DNA of 64,000 nt, taken from positions 23,622,001-23,686,000 of the forward strand of contig NC_045138.2 in the NCBI RefSeq assembly GCF_008831285.2. The letters are read 5' to 3'. The notes under the pieces were generated by a model, which had not been told where the DNA came from, searched no databases, and saw only the letters and a list, made by a program, of their open reading frames with translations. The DNA comes from Nymphaea colorata. Lineage: Eukaryota. Below, one piece after another: positions 41,187 to 53,075 of this stretch (positions within the stretch are counted from its first letter, which is position 1; every line of letters begins with the position of its first letter). A program made the position numbers and the translations under genes.

Positions 41187-42405
41187 ACAAATAGAAAAAC
41201 CGCAAGATATAAAATATCAAGATATAAAATATCAAGAAGAGTTAACAGAAGATTATACAATCCAGAGAATAATATTCGATGAAAAAATCTTCAAACAAAT
41301 AGAAAAACAAGAACTAGATATTAGTACAGAAAAAATATTCGAACCGTTAGTAAGAAAAATACCAGTAATAAAATCCCTACTTAAGAAAAATATAGAAGAA
41401 TACTACATTATCAACCAACGAGAACATGTAATTGATATAGAACATGCAGGAATAACAGAAGGAACAACCAGAGTACCACTAATTAGTATACAAGGTATCC
41501 AAGAAGAACTAACACAACTAAAAGTAAAAAATTCCATGAAATATGTGTATTTTGGAGGAATAGAAATACTAGTAAAAGCATGTTTTAAAGAAGGAATAAA
41601 CACACCTTTAGAATTATACCTATCAGATGATCGAATCATATATCCAGCTGAAAAAGCAATAATAGCAAAAGTCAGAGGTAATCTAATATATCAAAAACTT
41701 AAATTTATAGTAAAACCGAATTATACGATAAGCCTAACAGATAAACATATAGATAGAAGCCTAGTATTATACTGGAAACTATCAGGAATTAAACTTGAAA
41801 AAGGATGCAAAGTAATGACTATTAAAGGGAAAAATATGTACATAGTAACAAATAAACACAAGATATCTGTTAAAAGAAAAACAAATGACACAGTACAAAT
41901 TGATAATCCATTTAAAGAATTAATAACAGTGATCAATAATGATGAACCATATTATTTAGAGGATGGACAAAACGAATTACAAATTATTAAACAAAGACTA
42001 AGTGTTAGTACAAGAGGAGAAGCTAGCTACCAACGGCAATTTCATATAAAAGGAAATGTAGACAATATGCTCAAGAAAATTCTAATAGACACAGGATCAG
42101 AAGACAATTATATTACACCAGACATGATAAATAACGATATTGTATTTCCTAGTGAACACAAATATAAAGACATCCAAGGAAATATTATCAAGAGTATGGG
42201 AAAAGTTAGTAAAGAAATAAAAATAGCAGATTACATTTTTGAAATAGATTTCGAAGTACAAGCACATAGAAATGATACACTAACAGGAATAATATTAGGA
42301 AATAAGTGGCTAAACAAATATGACAATTTCAAAATAGAAAGAAATACATTAGAAATAGAACATCTAGGTAAACATATCATAATACCCAGAGATTTAAATG
42401 ATTAG
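41179..42405 (+). CDS. EPRV movement protein with C-terminal aspartic-protease domain (in frame with CP in this copy)
   Basis: YFGGIEILVKACFKEGINTPLELYLSDDR and GNL 30K-MP motifs, then ILIDTGSEDNYI...GIILGNKWL. Confidence 0.85.
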   Translation: MSEQIEKPQDIKYQDIKYQEELTEDYTIQRIIFDEKIFKQIEKQELDISTEKIFEPLVRKIPVIKSLLKKNIEEYYIINQREHVIDIEHAGITEGTTRVPLISIQGIQEELTQLKVKNSMKYVYFGGIEILVKACFKEGINTPLELYLSDDRIIYPAEKAIIAKVRGNLIYQKLKFIVKPNYTISLTDKHIDRSLVLYWKLSGIKLEKGCKVMTIKGKNMYIVTNKHKISVKRKTNDTVQIDNPFKELITVINNDEPYYLEDGQNELQIIKQRLSVSTRGEASYQRQFHIKGNVDNMLKKILIDTGSEDNYITPDMINNDIVFPSEHKYKDIQGNIIKSMGKVSKEIKIADYIFEIDFEVQAHRNDTLTGIILGNKWLNKYDNFKIERNTLEIEHLGKHIIIPRDLND

Positions 42406-42873
42406 ACAAATAAGCGAAAAGAATTTGAACAAGATATGAGAAATGCTATGAACAAGGCACTAGAAGAAAAACAACGAAGAAAAGAAAAACTTATAAAAAT
42501 CTTTAAAATATATATAATGATTCATAAATTCATCAATAAAATAAGAAATGAGATAGAAGAAAAAAGGTTGGCATTAGAACTAGCATACATAGAAGAATAT
42601 GACAGCGACCAAACAAATTATTCATACCAAGATGAAGAATATGATTACTACGATGATATAGAATGGAGAAATATAATCAACAGGATGGAAGGATGAGAAA
42701 ATGATCATAGTAAAACAATTCATAGACATGAAAAATGAATGAGAAATACTGATTCAAACAAAACAATGTCAAACATATCATATGATAAATCAAAATGTTT
42801 CAAACTACAAGTGTAAGAGCCTATAACAACCAAACAAGAAATTTTATAAGAAACAGATTAGGAAAACTATTTA

Positions 42874-42908
<35 letters not shown>

Positions 42909-43110
42909 CTTCGATTTAATGGAAAACTAAGTGAAAGAGTAGTAAAGAAAAAATTTAAAGATTATAGAAGACAATTCTTCACATATTTAAGAGCTAGAGC
43001 TGTAGCAGAATGGAAATTTATAAACTACTGGAATGAAAAGATAAAAGAACAGAACACATAAGCTATCAAGCTTTTGGAAAATTTTCATATAGTAGTACAA
43101 GTGAAGAAGA

Positions 43111-45004
43111 ATGAACATTACAAAAGAAAAATTTATTTATATACTAATAAAGATCATACCAAGAGGGTATAATAATAGATATACAGGAGCTCAAATAAAC
43201 CTATGTAAAAAAAACTGCTTACCAGAAAATTTATGGGAAAAATTAGATAACCCCTTAGAAGTAAAAGGATTTAATGGAGCAAAAACCACAATCAATTATA
43301 AAGCAGAACAAGTAAACATACAAATATGGAAGAAAATAATAAAGGTTAATAGAATATATGCATTCGAATTACAAAGTAAAGACATCATACTAGGAAGACC
43401 ATTTTTAAATGGATATCTATCAATAAACATAACAGATAAATATTTAATATTAACAACCCCTTGTGGAGAAAAAATAAATGCATTGATAGTAAAAAATAAT
43501 GAAAGAAAACAAGAAGAATGGATTAAAGGAGACAGTAAAATAACACAAAAATTAACAAGAGTAAAAATAAACACAGTTACAATAAACATATATGAAATAA
43601 ACGAATTAGAAAGTATAGAACAAAGACTAGGAAAATTATATTCAGAAAACCCACTAGAACATTGGGAAAGACATAAAACAACAGTAAAGATCGAATTAAT
43701 AAATGAAGATAGTATAATCACACAAGCTCCGCTGAAATATATACCAGACGATCTCAAAGAATTCGACTTACATATAAACGAATTACTAAAAGGAGGATAC
43801 ATACAGAAATCAAATTCTAAACATAGTAGTCCAGCGTTTATTGTAAATAAACATAGTGAACAAAAAAGAGGCAAAACAAGGATGGTAATAGACTGTAGAA
43901 ATCTCAATGCCAAAGTCAAAACTTATAATTATCCAATTCCAAACAAAATACTAAAACTAAAACAAATTTCAGGATATCAATATTTTAGCAAATTCGATTG
44001 TAAAAGTGGTTTCTACCATATCAAATTAGAAGACGAAAGTAAAAACTAACAGCATTTACAGTACCCAATGGGTTTTACGAATGGAATGTACTACCATTCG
44101 GATACAAAAATGCACCAAGAAGATTCCAAAATTTCATGGATCAACAATTTAAAGGACTCAGAAATTGCATAATTTATATTGACGACATATTACTCTTCAA
44201 TCATACAAAAGAAGATCATTTTGAATTATTAAATGAATTTATAGACTTTGCTTACAAAGCAGGAATAGCTATAAGTAAATCTAAAGCAGTTATTTGTAAA
44301 AACAAATTGACTTTTTAGGAATAGAAATAGATAAAGCCGGAATCAAAATGCAAACCCATATAATACAAAAGATAGCTCAAACAGAAGAAGAATTGGATAC
44401 TAAGAAAAAGTTACAATCCTTTCTAGGATTAGTAAATCAAGTAAGGGACTATATACCACATTTAGCAAAACATTGCAAGAAATTACAAGAAAAATTGAAA
44501 AAAGATAAAGAATATTACTGGAACGAAGAAGATAAGCAATGTATCAATCAAATAAAAGAAGTTTGTAAAATCTTACCAAAATTAGCATTTCTAAATGAAA
44601 AGGAACCTTTCGAATGGATCATAGAAACTGATGCCTCAGATTCTAGCTATGGTTCAGTATTAAAATATAGATATTTAAATAACAAACAAGAACATCTTTG
44701 TAGATACCATTCAGGTAGCTTCAAAGAAAATGAAATAAAATGGGAAATTAACAGAAAAGAATTACTAGGACTATACTATGCACTATTACATTACGAGATA
44801 TACGTGGTTTTTACCAAGTTCAAGGTAAGAACTGATAATACCCAAGTTAAATATTGGTTAAATGCAAAGTTAGAAAATTCGATTATAAAGAAAGAAATCA
44901 GGCGGTTAGTAAATAATATAAAGATGTTTGATTTCGAAATAGAAGTTATCAGTACTACTAATAACTGTTATGCAGATTATCTATCCAGAAATGTAAAGGA
45001 GTAA
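43111..45004 (+). pseudogene. EPRV pol (AP-RT-RNase H) with two frameshifts (~44045, ~44310)
   Basis: SSPAFIVNKHSEQKRGKTRMVID, FSKFDCKSGFYHI, VLPFGYKNAP, YIDD (44175-44186), IETDAS, RTDN, NCYADYLSR; no integrase. Confidence 0.93.
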
Positions 45005-45141
45005 CACAGATGAGAGAAATGAAACTCAACATGGCTGAGGAAAATGAAACACAAGAAGAGTAGCCTAGCAGAGAAATGATGCTTGAAATCCCATTTCACG
45101 CCCTATCTAAGATAATGTTATGTAGCTTATGCATGTAAAAG

Positions 45142-45495
45142 TAGGGCTGCAAAATGTGTTGAGCCAACTCCGGCTTGATTCGAACTCGCTTGAAAAAACT
45201 CAGCTCGTGCTTGACTTTGTTTATAAACAAGCCAAGTTCGAGCTTACAAAGATACTCGAAATGATAAACAAGTTGAGTTCTAGTTTTAGGAACTCGACTC
45301 GACTTGTAAACCAGTACTCTCTGCTAAATCGGTTTTAACCTTTAAGGTAAAAAATAAATTTTCACAAGTAACACGAGTTAAACGAGTTACATAAGTTAAT
45401 GCGTACACGAGTTAATTCCTAAACGAGTTAAATGGGTTAAACAAGTCGAGTTCGAGCTTAATTTTGTTTAGTCAAGTCGAACTCAATCTTGTTAT
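45142..45495 (+). mobile_element. Truncated host MITE (hAT-like) lodged between viral pol and ORF4
   Basis: tagggctgc terminus with repeated gttcgagctt/aactcgactc motifs; no right terminus found. Confidence 0.55.
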
Positions 45496-45746
45496 AAGGA
45501 GCGATTATTAATCGAATTATAAACAATTTAGCACAAATACACACACAGTGGAAATCATATTACCACTAACCACTACATGTGGAAAATAATATGCTAATCC
45601 AGAGCAAACGGCTACTGGTAAAGACGAATCAAATCCGTTGATGGATGGTCACTTTCCTAAAGTGATAACTAATACAAATTACACACACAAATTGAGTTGC
45701 GGCATAAAAGCCAAGTCTCTCAATAACACAAGAATTTTATGTGCAG

Positions 45747-46671
45747 ATATTAAGGGTGGAAGTAGAAAGCCTACAAACTCAAGTAGCAATTTTACAAGCA
45801 GAAGTGAAAGACCTACTTAGATGGAAGAACCAAATAGAAATCCAAACTACAAAACCAGAACCTACAGAACCTAAGCCAATAACAGCTATAACAAGTTCTT
45901 CTAACAATACTATAGAAATACCAGTAGTATCTAAACCAAGATTTAAAAATACCAATCTAAACCAAAAATTTCAGAAAAATGTTGCTATTGCAAAACCCAG
46001 TCTATTCATACCACCGCAAACACAAACCTATGTAGAGACTATTCAGAAAGAAAAAGCAGAAAGCCAATCCATCATAGTAAACAATTATTTAAGAAACCTG
46101 AAAAAGGTATGTGATTTCTTGAATAAAAATCCTCGAGAAAAGAATGCTTCGAAAGGAAAAGGATATTCCACTATCCCTTATCCAGGTATAAACAAAATGA
46201 TAGCATATCCAGATACTGATCCAAGTTTAGTTAAAATGGTACACAGCTATGGGTTACTCCATACAGTATACACAAAAAATGCAAAAGAATTAGAAGAAAT
46301 CACAGAGTTATGCAAGGCAGCTAAACGTTACCTTGAGATAACAAAAGCTCCAGTTATTTTCTTAAGAATATACTCTGCCCAAGCAGAAATATTAAATGAT
46401 CAAATTATACCATCTATATATGCCATCAAACTTGGACTCACCAAAGAGATAATTGAAAGAGAAGGCGAACAGCAAGAAGAGATATTACTGCCAGAGTTAA
46501 AGGACTTCTTCAACAAAAAGAGACCAAAAGATATACAAGTTATATTCGAAGAATACTGCATCAGTACCAAGAACCAAATGTATGGTTATACGAAGCAAGG
46601 AACAGTCAAATTATCTATTCCATATCAATGAAGACAAAAGAAGGAAGTAAAGAAGAGATCCTACGATGGTT
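45747..46671 (+). pseudogene. EPRV ORF4 (TAV/inclusion-body-like), 5' part; frameshift at ~46560
   Basis: LFIPPQTQTY, NKMIAYPDTDPSLV, YGLLHTVYT, IYSAQAEIL, IKLGLTKEII; resembles solendovirus ORF4. Confidence 0.8.
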
Positions 46672-47357
46672 TGTAACGCTCGCTGGTGTGGCGGGTCGGG
46701 TCGAGTTAGGGTCCAGACCCGGACCCGACCCCCACTCGCGTAAGGGCCCGACGCGAGGCCCTTCTCCCTCGCCTTTCCCTTCCTTCTTCGTCGTCGTCTC
46801 CTGGTGGTCTCACGTGGCAGCGCAGAGGGAGGAGAGTGGCGATCGGGTGGTGGTGGCTGGTGTAAATCAGGCCCAAATTAGGCAAATACTTCAAGAATAT
46901 CACTCTTGAATCTCCCACTAGCTCAACAAGGCAATACACAAGAGTCCTCTAACAAGAGGATAAAGAAAATATATTGATCTTCAGCCAAACAAGGCAGAAA
47001 CTACAAGATGTGGCTTAACAAGCCATACATTAAAAGGGGACAACAGTCCCTTATTTATAATACAAGGGAAGAAGAGAGGAGGAGAGGAAATGGCTGTTGG
47101 GCCATTTCCAACTGCTAGAATTTTTGATACTACAAAAGGCAGTGGTTCCGCATCCCATTCTCCCACTCGCCGCCCCCAACTCAGACCGGAAAACCCAGAG
47201 GAACAAAGGAAACAAGCCCAACCAAAACGATCCGACAATACACATATCTATCTATGTAAGACATATATTAGCACACTAATATATGTAATGTACATGCACA
47301 TAGATATATATATATATATATATAGGAATACATACATTCTAACATCCCCCCTCAAAC

Positions 47358-50300
47358 TTACGGTGTGATAACCGAAAGTTTGCCAAGGAGAAATTGAAAC
47401 CTAGCAGCAGCAAGAGCCTTGGTAAAGAAATCTCCTAGTTGATATTCAGAGGGAACATAGGAGAGATCTATATTTTTCTGAAGGAACTCTTCACGAACAT
47501 AATGACAGTCCATCTCTATATGCTTTGTTCTTTCATGAAATGTGTGATTGCTAGCAATATAGATTGCACTTTTGTTGTCGCAGCCAATGTTATCCGTATC
47601 GTACGATACGTATCGTATAGGTCAAGAAAACCTATACGATACGTGTTTGAAACACGATACGCGTCCGTATCGTATGCGTATCGTCCGTATCGTACGATAC
47701 GGGGGCCGTATCGTACGATACACCCCCGTATCGTACGATACGGGAGAAAACACATATTTCTTTATTTTTTAAAAGTTTAAACACTCCTCCCCCTCTCTCT
47801 TCTTGTATTTAAAGACTCCAATAGACGTAGGAGGGAGAGATTTTGCCCATTTTCATCAAAAATAACCAAGGATTCATCAATTTGGAAGATATTATCGTTG
47901 AATCAGGAAAGATGATAACTATATGTTTTGAACTTATAAAATTGTGATGTAATCTAAGTCCTAAAACTCCAAGTCCTAAGACTCTAAGTCCTAAGATTCT
48001 ATAAAATTTTCAAGTTTAAAATCATGATGGATGCTTATATGTTATTCTTGAAAATTTGATTTCTTATTTTGGAATGTGTCGTTAATACACATGAATGTTC
48101 CTTATGTATGATAATCTTTTTAATATTTGAATACATTTTTCTTAATTTCTGATTTTTTGTTCATTTTTTTCAGATTTTTAATGATTTTTCTCTATTTTTT
48201 ATGATTTTTAAATATTTTTTAAAATTAAAAAATTAATTTTACGATACGCTACGCTACGTTTGCGATACGTTACGATACGGCGTATAGGTCGGCCCAACCG
48301 ATACGCGATACGCTACGCCTTTTATAACATTGGTCGCAGCAAAGCTTGACAGGATTCATGATATGAATTCCCATGTCCTTCAATAAGCTTTTGAGCCACA
48401 CTATCTCCATTGTTGTAGTTGCCATCGCACGATACTCAGCTTCTGTTGATGATAGTGACACCTTATTTTGTTTCTTGCATCGCCAGGAGATTAAGGAATC
48501 ACCTAAAAACACACAAAAACCAGTGGTGGAGTGCCTATTGTTGGGATCTCCACCCCAATCAGCATTTGTATAAGCAACTAATTCTAATATAGAAGAGGAA
48601 GACAGAAATAGTCCTTTGTTGATAGTGTTTTTCACATAACGGACAATCCGCATTGCCGCTCCCATGTGCACTGAGGTGGGTCTTTGTTGAAATTGGCTTA
48701 TGACATGCACAGCATGAGCAATGTCAGGTCTGGTGATGGAGAGATACGAGAGAGCGCCAACTATTTGCCGAAAAGGAGTGGGATTCTCCAATATCTCTCC
48801 ATCATCAATTTTCATTTTTACTCCCAGTGCTTCTGGAATATCTACAACTTTGTCATCTGAGATACCTGTTCTGTCAACTAATTCACTGGCAAACTTCATT
48901 TGAGAAAGAAGATAACCCTGTTTGCTATAAGCAACTTCAATTCCAAGAAAATAAGTTAGTCTTCCCAAATTAGTCATCTGAAAGCATTTGTTAAGAAAAT
49001 CTTTTACCTCTATAATCCCTTTATCATCACTTCCAGTAATAACCATATCATCAACATACAATAATAAAACAATTACACCTACGGAGGTGGTTTTTACAAA
49101 CATGGCAGTGTCAGAGTAGCAAGATTGAAAACCTTGATTAAACATGACACTACTAAACTTATCAAACCAGGCCTTGTGAGCTTGTTTTAAACCATAAAGG
49201 GCTTTCTTAAGACGTAAAACTTTGTTTTGAGGTAGATCAAAACCAGGGGGAGCACTCATGAAAACTTCTTCCTACAGGTGACCATTTAAGAAAGCATTTT
49301 TAACATCCATTTGAAAAATAGTCCAATGTTTAACAGAAGCAATGACAATAAGAATTCGAACAGAAGTCATGCGAGCAACAGGAGCAAAGGTTTCTTCATA
49401 ATCAATCCCATATTCTTGAGCATATCCCTTGGCAACAAGTCTGGCCTTGTATCTTTCTAAGGTTCCATCACTTCTAGTTTTGATTTTATAGATCCATCTA
49501 CATCCAATAGTCTTTTTCCCTGTTGGTAGAGGCACAATATCCCAAGTCTCATTGCTTTCAAGAGCTTTAAGTTCAAGATTCATGGCTTCAATCCAATTGG
49601 GATCTTCCTTAGCTTCAAGGTAAGAAGATTGCTCATAAAAAGAATGATGTGCCATAAGACAAGCTCGAAATTTTGGGGAAAAAGACTCATAAGAGATAAA
49701 TCTTTGAGGAGGTCTAGTGTGCCTTTGGGATCTCCTAGGGAGAGATTGATTAGTTTTTTGATTTTGGGGATCTCTTCTTCTATAAACTAAGATCTCTTTT
49801 GGAGGAATCAAATGATTAGAATTGTCATTGTTGACTTCTTCAATTGGCACTTCTACAACTTTATCGGGTTCATTATCATCAATATCATCATCATCATCAA
49901 TATCATTAGTCCAAAGAAAAGTATAATCTTCTAGTTTCTTGGGTTCATCTTTGAAACTATCTTCATTTTCTAGAAAGATCACATTTCTAGAAACATAAAC
50001 TTTATCTCTTTCAATATCATAACATCTATAACCCTTTTGAGTTTCGGAATACCCAATAAAAACACAAGAAATGGCTTTGGAAGAAAGTTTATCATCTTTG
50101 TCACTTAACACAAAACATTTGCAACCAAAGACTTTAAGTCTATTGTAATTAGGTTTAACATGATGAAGTTTTTCAAAAGGAGAAATATGTTTCAAAAGTT
50201 TGGTAGGCATTCTATTAATTAAATAGGTTGAAGTCAAAACACCCTCAGCCCAAAAATTTTTGGGAACATTTTTAGATAAAAGAAGGGCTCTAGTAGTTTT

Positions 50301-52214
50301 AATAATGTGCCTATGTTTACGCTCGGCCACTCCGTTTTGTTGTGGAGTGTTAGGACAAGATCTTTGATGAACAATGCCTTTTTCTTTTAGAAATTTTAGA
50401 AATTCATTTGACATAAATTCTCCTCCCGAATCACTTCTAAAGACTTTGATGTTTGAGCCAAATTGGGTATAGATCATGTTGTAGAAATTCTTAAAGTTTA
50501 TGAAAACCTCCGATTTGTGTTTGAGAAAGTAAACCCAAGTATGCCTAGAATAATCATCAATAAAAATCACATAGTACAATAATCCTCCTTTCGACATAAT
50601 AGGAGCGGGCCCCCACACATCTGAATGCACTAAATCAAAAGATTTTGGGCAATAAAGTTTCTATTATCAAAAGGTAAGGCTTTCATTTTAGCCTTGACAT
50701 TACAACAAAAGTTCTTTTGACAAAAATTCTCCATGAAAGGAAGATGAGACATTTTTTTCTATATTGGTATGTCCAAGTCTTTGATGCCAAGTTTGAATGT
50801 CACATTCTTTGGAGATATTGCAAGATGGTCTTGAAAGGTCCAAAAAGTCTATGTAGTAGAGATCTTTTGTTCTAAAACCTTCCCCAATCGTCTTCTTGGA
50901 TACTCGGTCATGTATCAAACATTTGGATTGTGAGAAGATTATATCAAAACCAAGGTCGGCTATTTGAGAAACGGACAATAAATTTAAGCTTAATTTAGGA
51001 ATGTGTCTTACTTGAGATACTTTTAAAGTTTTGGATCCAAAATCTAGGTCAAGATTTCCAATAAAATCAATTTCAAGAGAAGTACCATCCGCCGTTTTCA
51101 CAAAGGAATAAGAATCATTTTTAGTGCATTCGGTGAGAAGGGATCCACAAGGCGTCATATGAAAAGATGCACCCGAATCAATAATCCAAGAATACTTACT
51201 TGAAGAAGTAGATGCCACGGTAGCTCCCAAAGTTGAAGGTGTGCCTCCTCCCTTTAGAAACGGTTGAAGAGCACTTATGAGTTGATCAAGTTGGAATGAG
51301 CTTGCTTCTTTTCTTTCTTTTTGAATTGGAGCCGCAACATTGCTTCTTTTGTCAAAAGTTCTAAGTTTTGGACATCTTGGCTTGGTATGTCCTTCTTCTT
51401 GACAATGATAGCAAATAACTTTTCTTCTTGCTCCTTCATTTGTACGATTGAAGTGAGGAGGTCTATAAGGTCTCAAATGGGCCCCCGGCCTAGATGTGGC
51501 AAGCACATTGTTGACTTTCTCTTTATCAAGACAAAGACGATTTTCCTCCATTTGAAGCTCCGCAATAGCCTCATTCCTAGATGGTGTTTTAGAACGATGA
51601 AGTAAAGCGGTTTTGACACCATCAAATTCCGGTCTAAGACCTATGATAAACTTGTAAAACTTGTCACGTTGTATTTGCTTTTCTCTAAGAATAAGATCTT
51701 GTGTCCAATGTGGTTCAAAAATACTCAATTCATCATACAATTGATCCATTTCAGCCACATAATCTTTAATAGGTCTATTTCCTTGTTGAAGATTGTGAAT
51801 TTTGAGTTGAACATGATGCATATAAGCAACATCTCTCATGGTATGAGTTTTCTTTAGATATTCCCAAGCTTTTAGGGCAGAATTTAATTTAGAGATTTGC
51901 CCGCTAGTAGCATTGTCAACACAAGTCAAGATCCAAGTAATGATTTTGTGATGACCAACACTCCATTCTTCCCATTTCTTGTTGTATTCAGCCATTACCT
52001 TTTCTTTTTCGGTTGCATCCAATTCCATAGCCCTTCCATCAACAATTTTCGTAAGGACTAGTTGTGGTTCAAGTTTTGTCCCATCAACTAGTCCCCAAAG
52101 GTTTTTACTACGAATAAAGTGTTCCATAGTTCTAGCCCATTGTATGTAATTCGTTGATGAGAGTTTGGGAAATGGAAGAGAAGAGACTTTGTCATCCATG
52201 GGCACAATCAACAA
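47358..52214 (-). pseudogene. Copia gag-pol (gag, CCHC, AP, INT, RT, RNase H), disrupted
   Basis: [78 protein letters not shown]; frameshifts ~50640-50760, stop at 49272, MITE insertion. Confidence 0.95.
47585..48332. mobile_element. Non-autonomous hAT-type element (748 bp) inserted in the copia RNase H
   Basis: TIRs caatgttat / ataacattg; perfect 8 bp TSD gtcgcagc at 47577-47584 and 48333-48340; subterminal cgtatcgtacgatac repeats. Confidence 0.93.
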
Positions 52215-52968
52215 GGTAGATCCACTTACAAGTTATGAAGAAGATGGCAGCCACGTGAAAAGAAGTCCACTGCAAGGATAAAAACTCAGCAACAATAGAA
52301 ACCAGTCACCCTTCCAACAGCCACGAGCTCACCACCAAGGGAGCTAAATTCCGTCAAGAAATCACCAAAAATAAGCCAGCAAAAACACTCTTCTTCTTGT
52401 GAAAAACAGCAGCAAACAATATCTCGAACACTTGGAGTGCTTCACAGCTCCAACGTAGAAGTAAAAACTGAACCTTCAATCTTGAACGGCAGCAAGACAA
52501 AGAGCCAAAGACGTGGCTCTGATACCATGTAAATCAGGCCCAAATTAGGCAAATACTTCAAGAATATCACTCTTGAATCTCCCACTAGCTCAACAAGGCA
52601 ATACACAAGAGTCCTCTAACAAGAGGATAAAGAAAATATATTGATCTTCAGCCAAACAAGGCAAAAACTATAAGATGTGGCTTAACAAGCCATACATTAA
52701 AAGGGGACAACAGTCCCTTATTTATAATACAAGGGAAGAAGAGAGGAGGAGAGGAAATGGCTGTTGGGCCATTTCCAACGGCTAGAATTTTTGATACTAC
52801 AAAAGGCAGTGGTTCCTCATCCCATTCTCCCACTCGCCGCCCCCAACTCAGACCGGAAAACCCAGAGGAACAAAGGAAACAAGCCCAACCAAAACGATCC
52901 GACAATACACATATCTATCTATGTAAGACATATATTAGCACACTAATATATGTAATGTACATGCACAT

Positions 52969-53075
<107 letters not shown>

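Noticed and set aside
43296..43919. 207 aa antisense ORF in viral pol
   Set aside because: Shadow of the A-rich coding strand; no motif
47439..47780. ORFs rich in R/Y/I on both strands
   Set aside because: Translations of palindromic cgtatcgtacgatac MITE repeats
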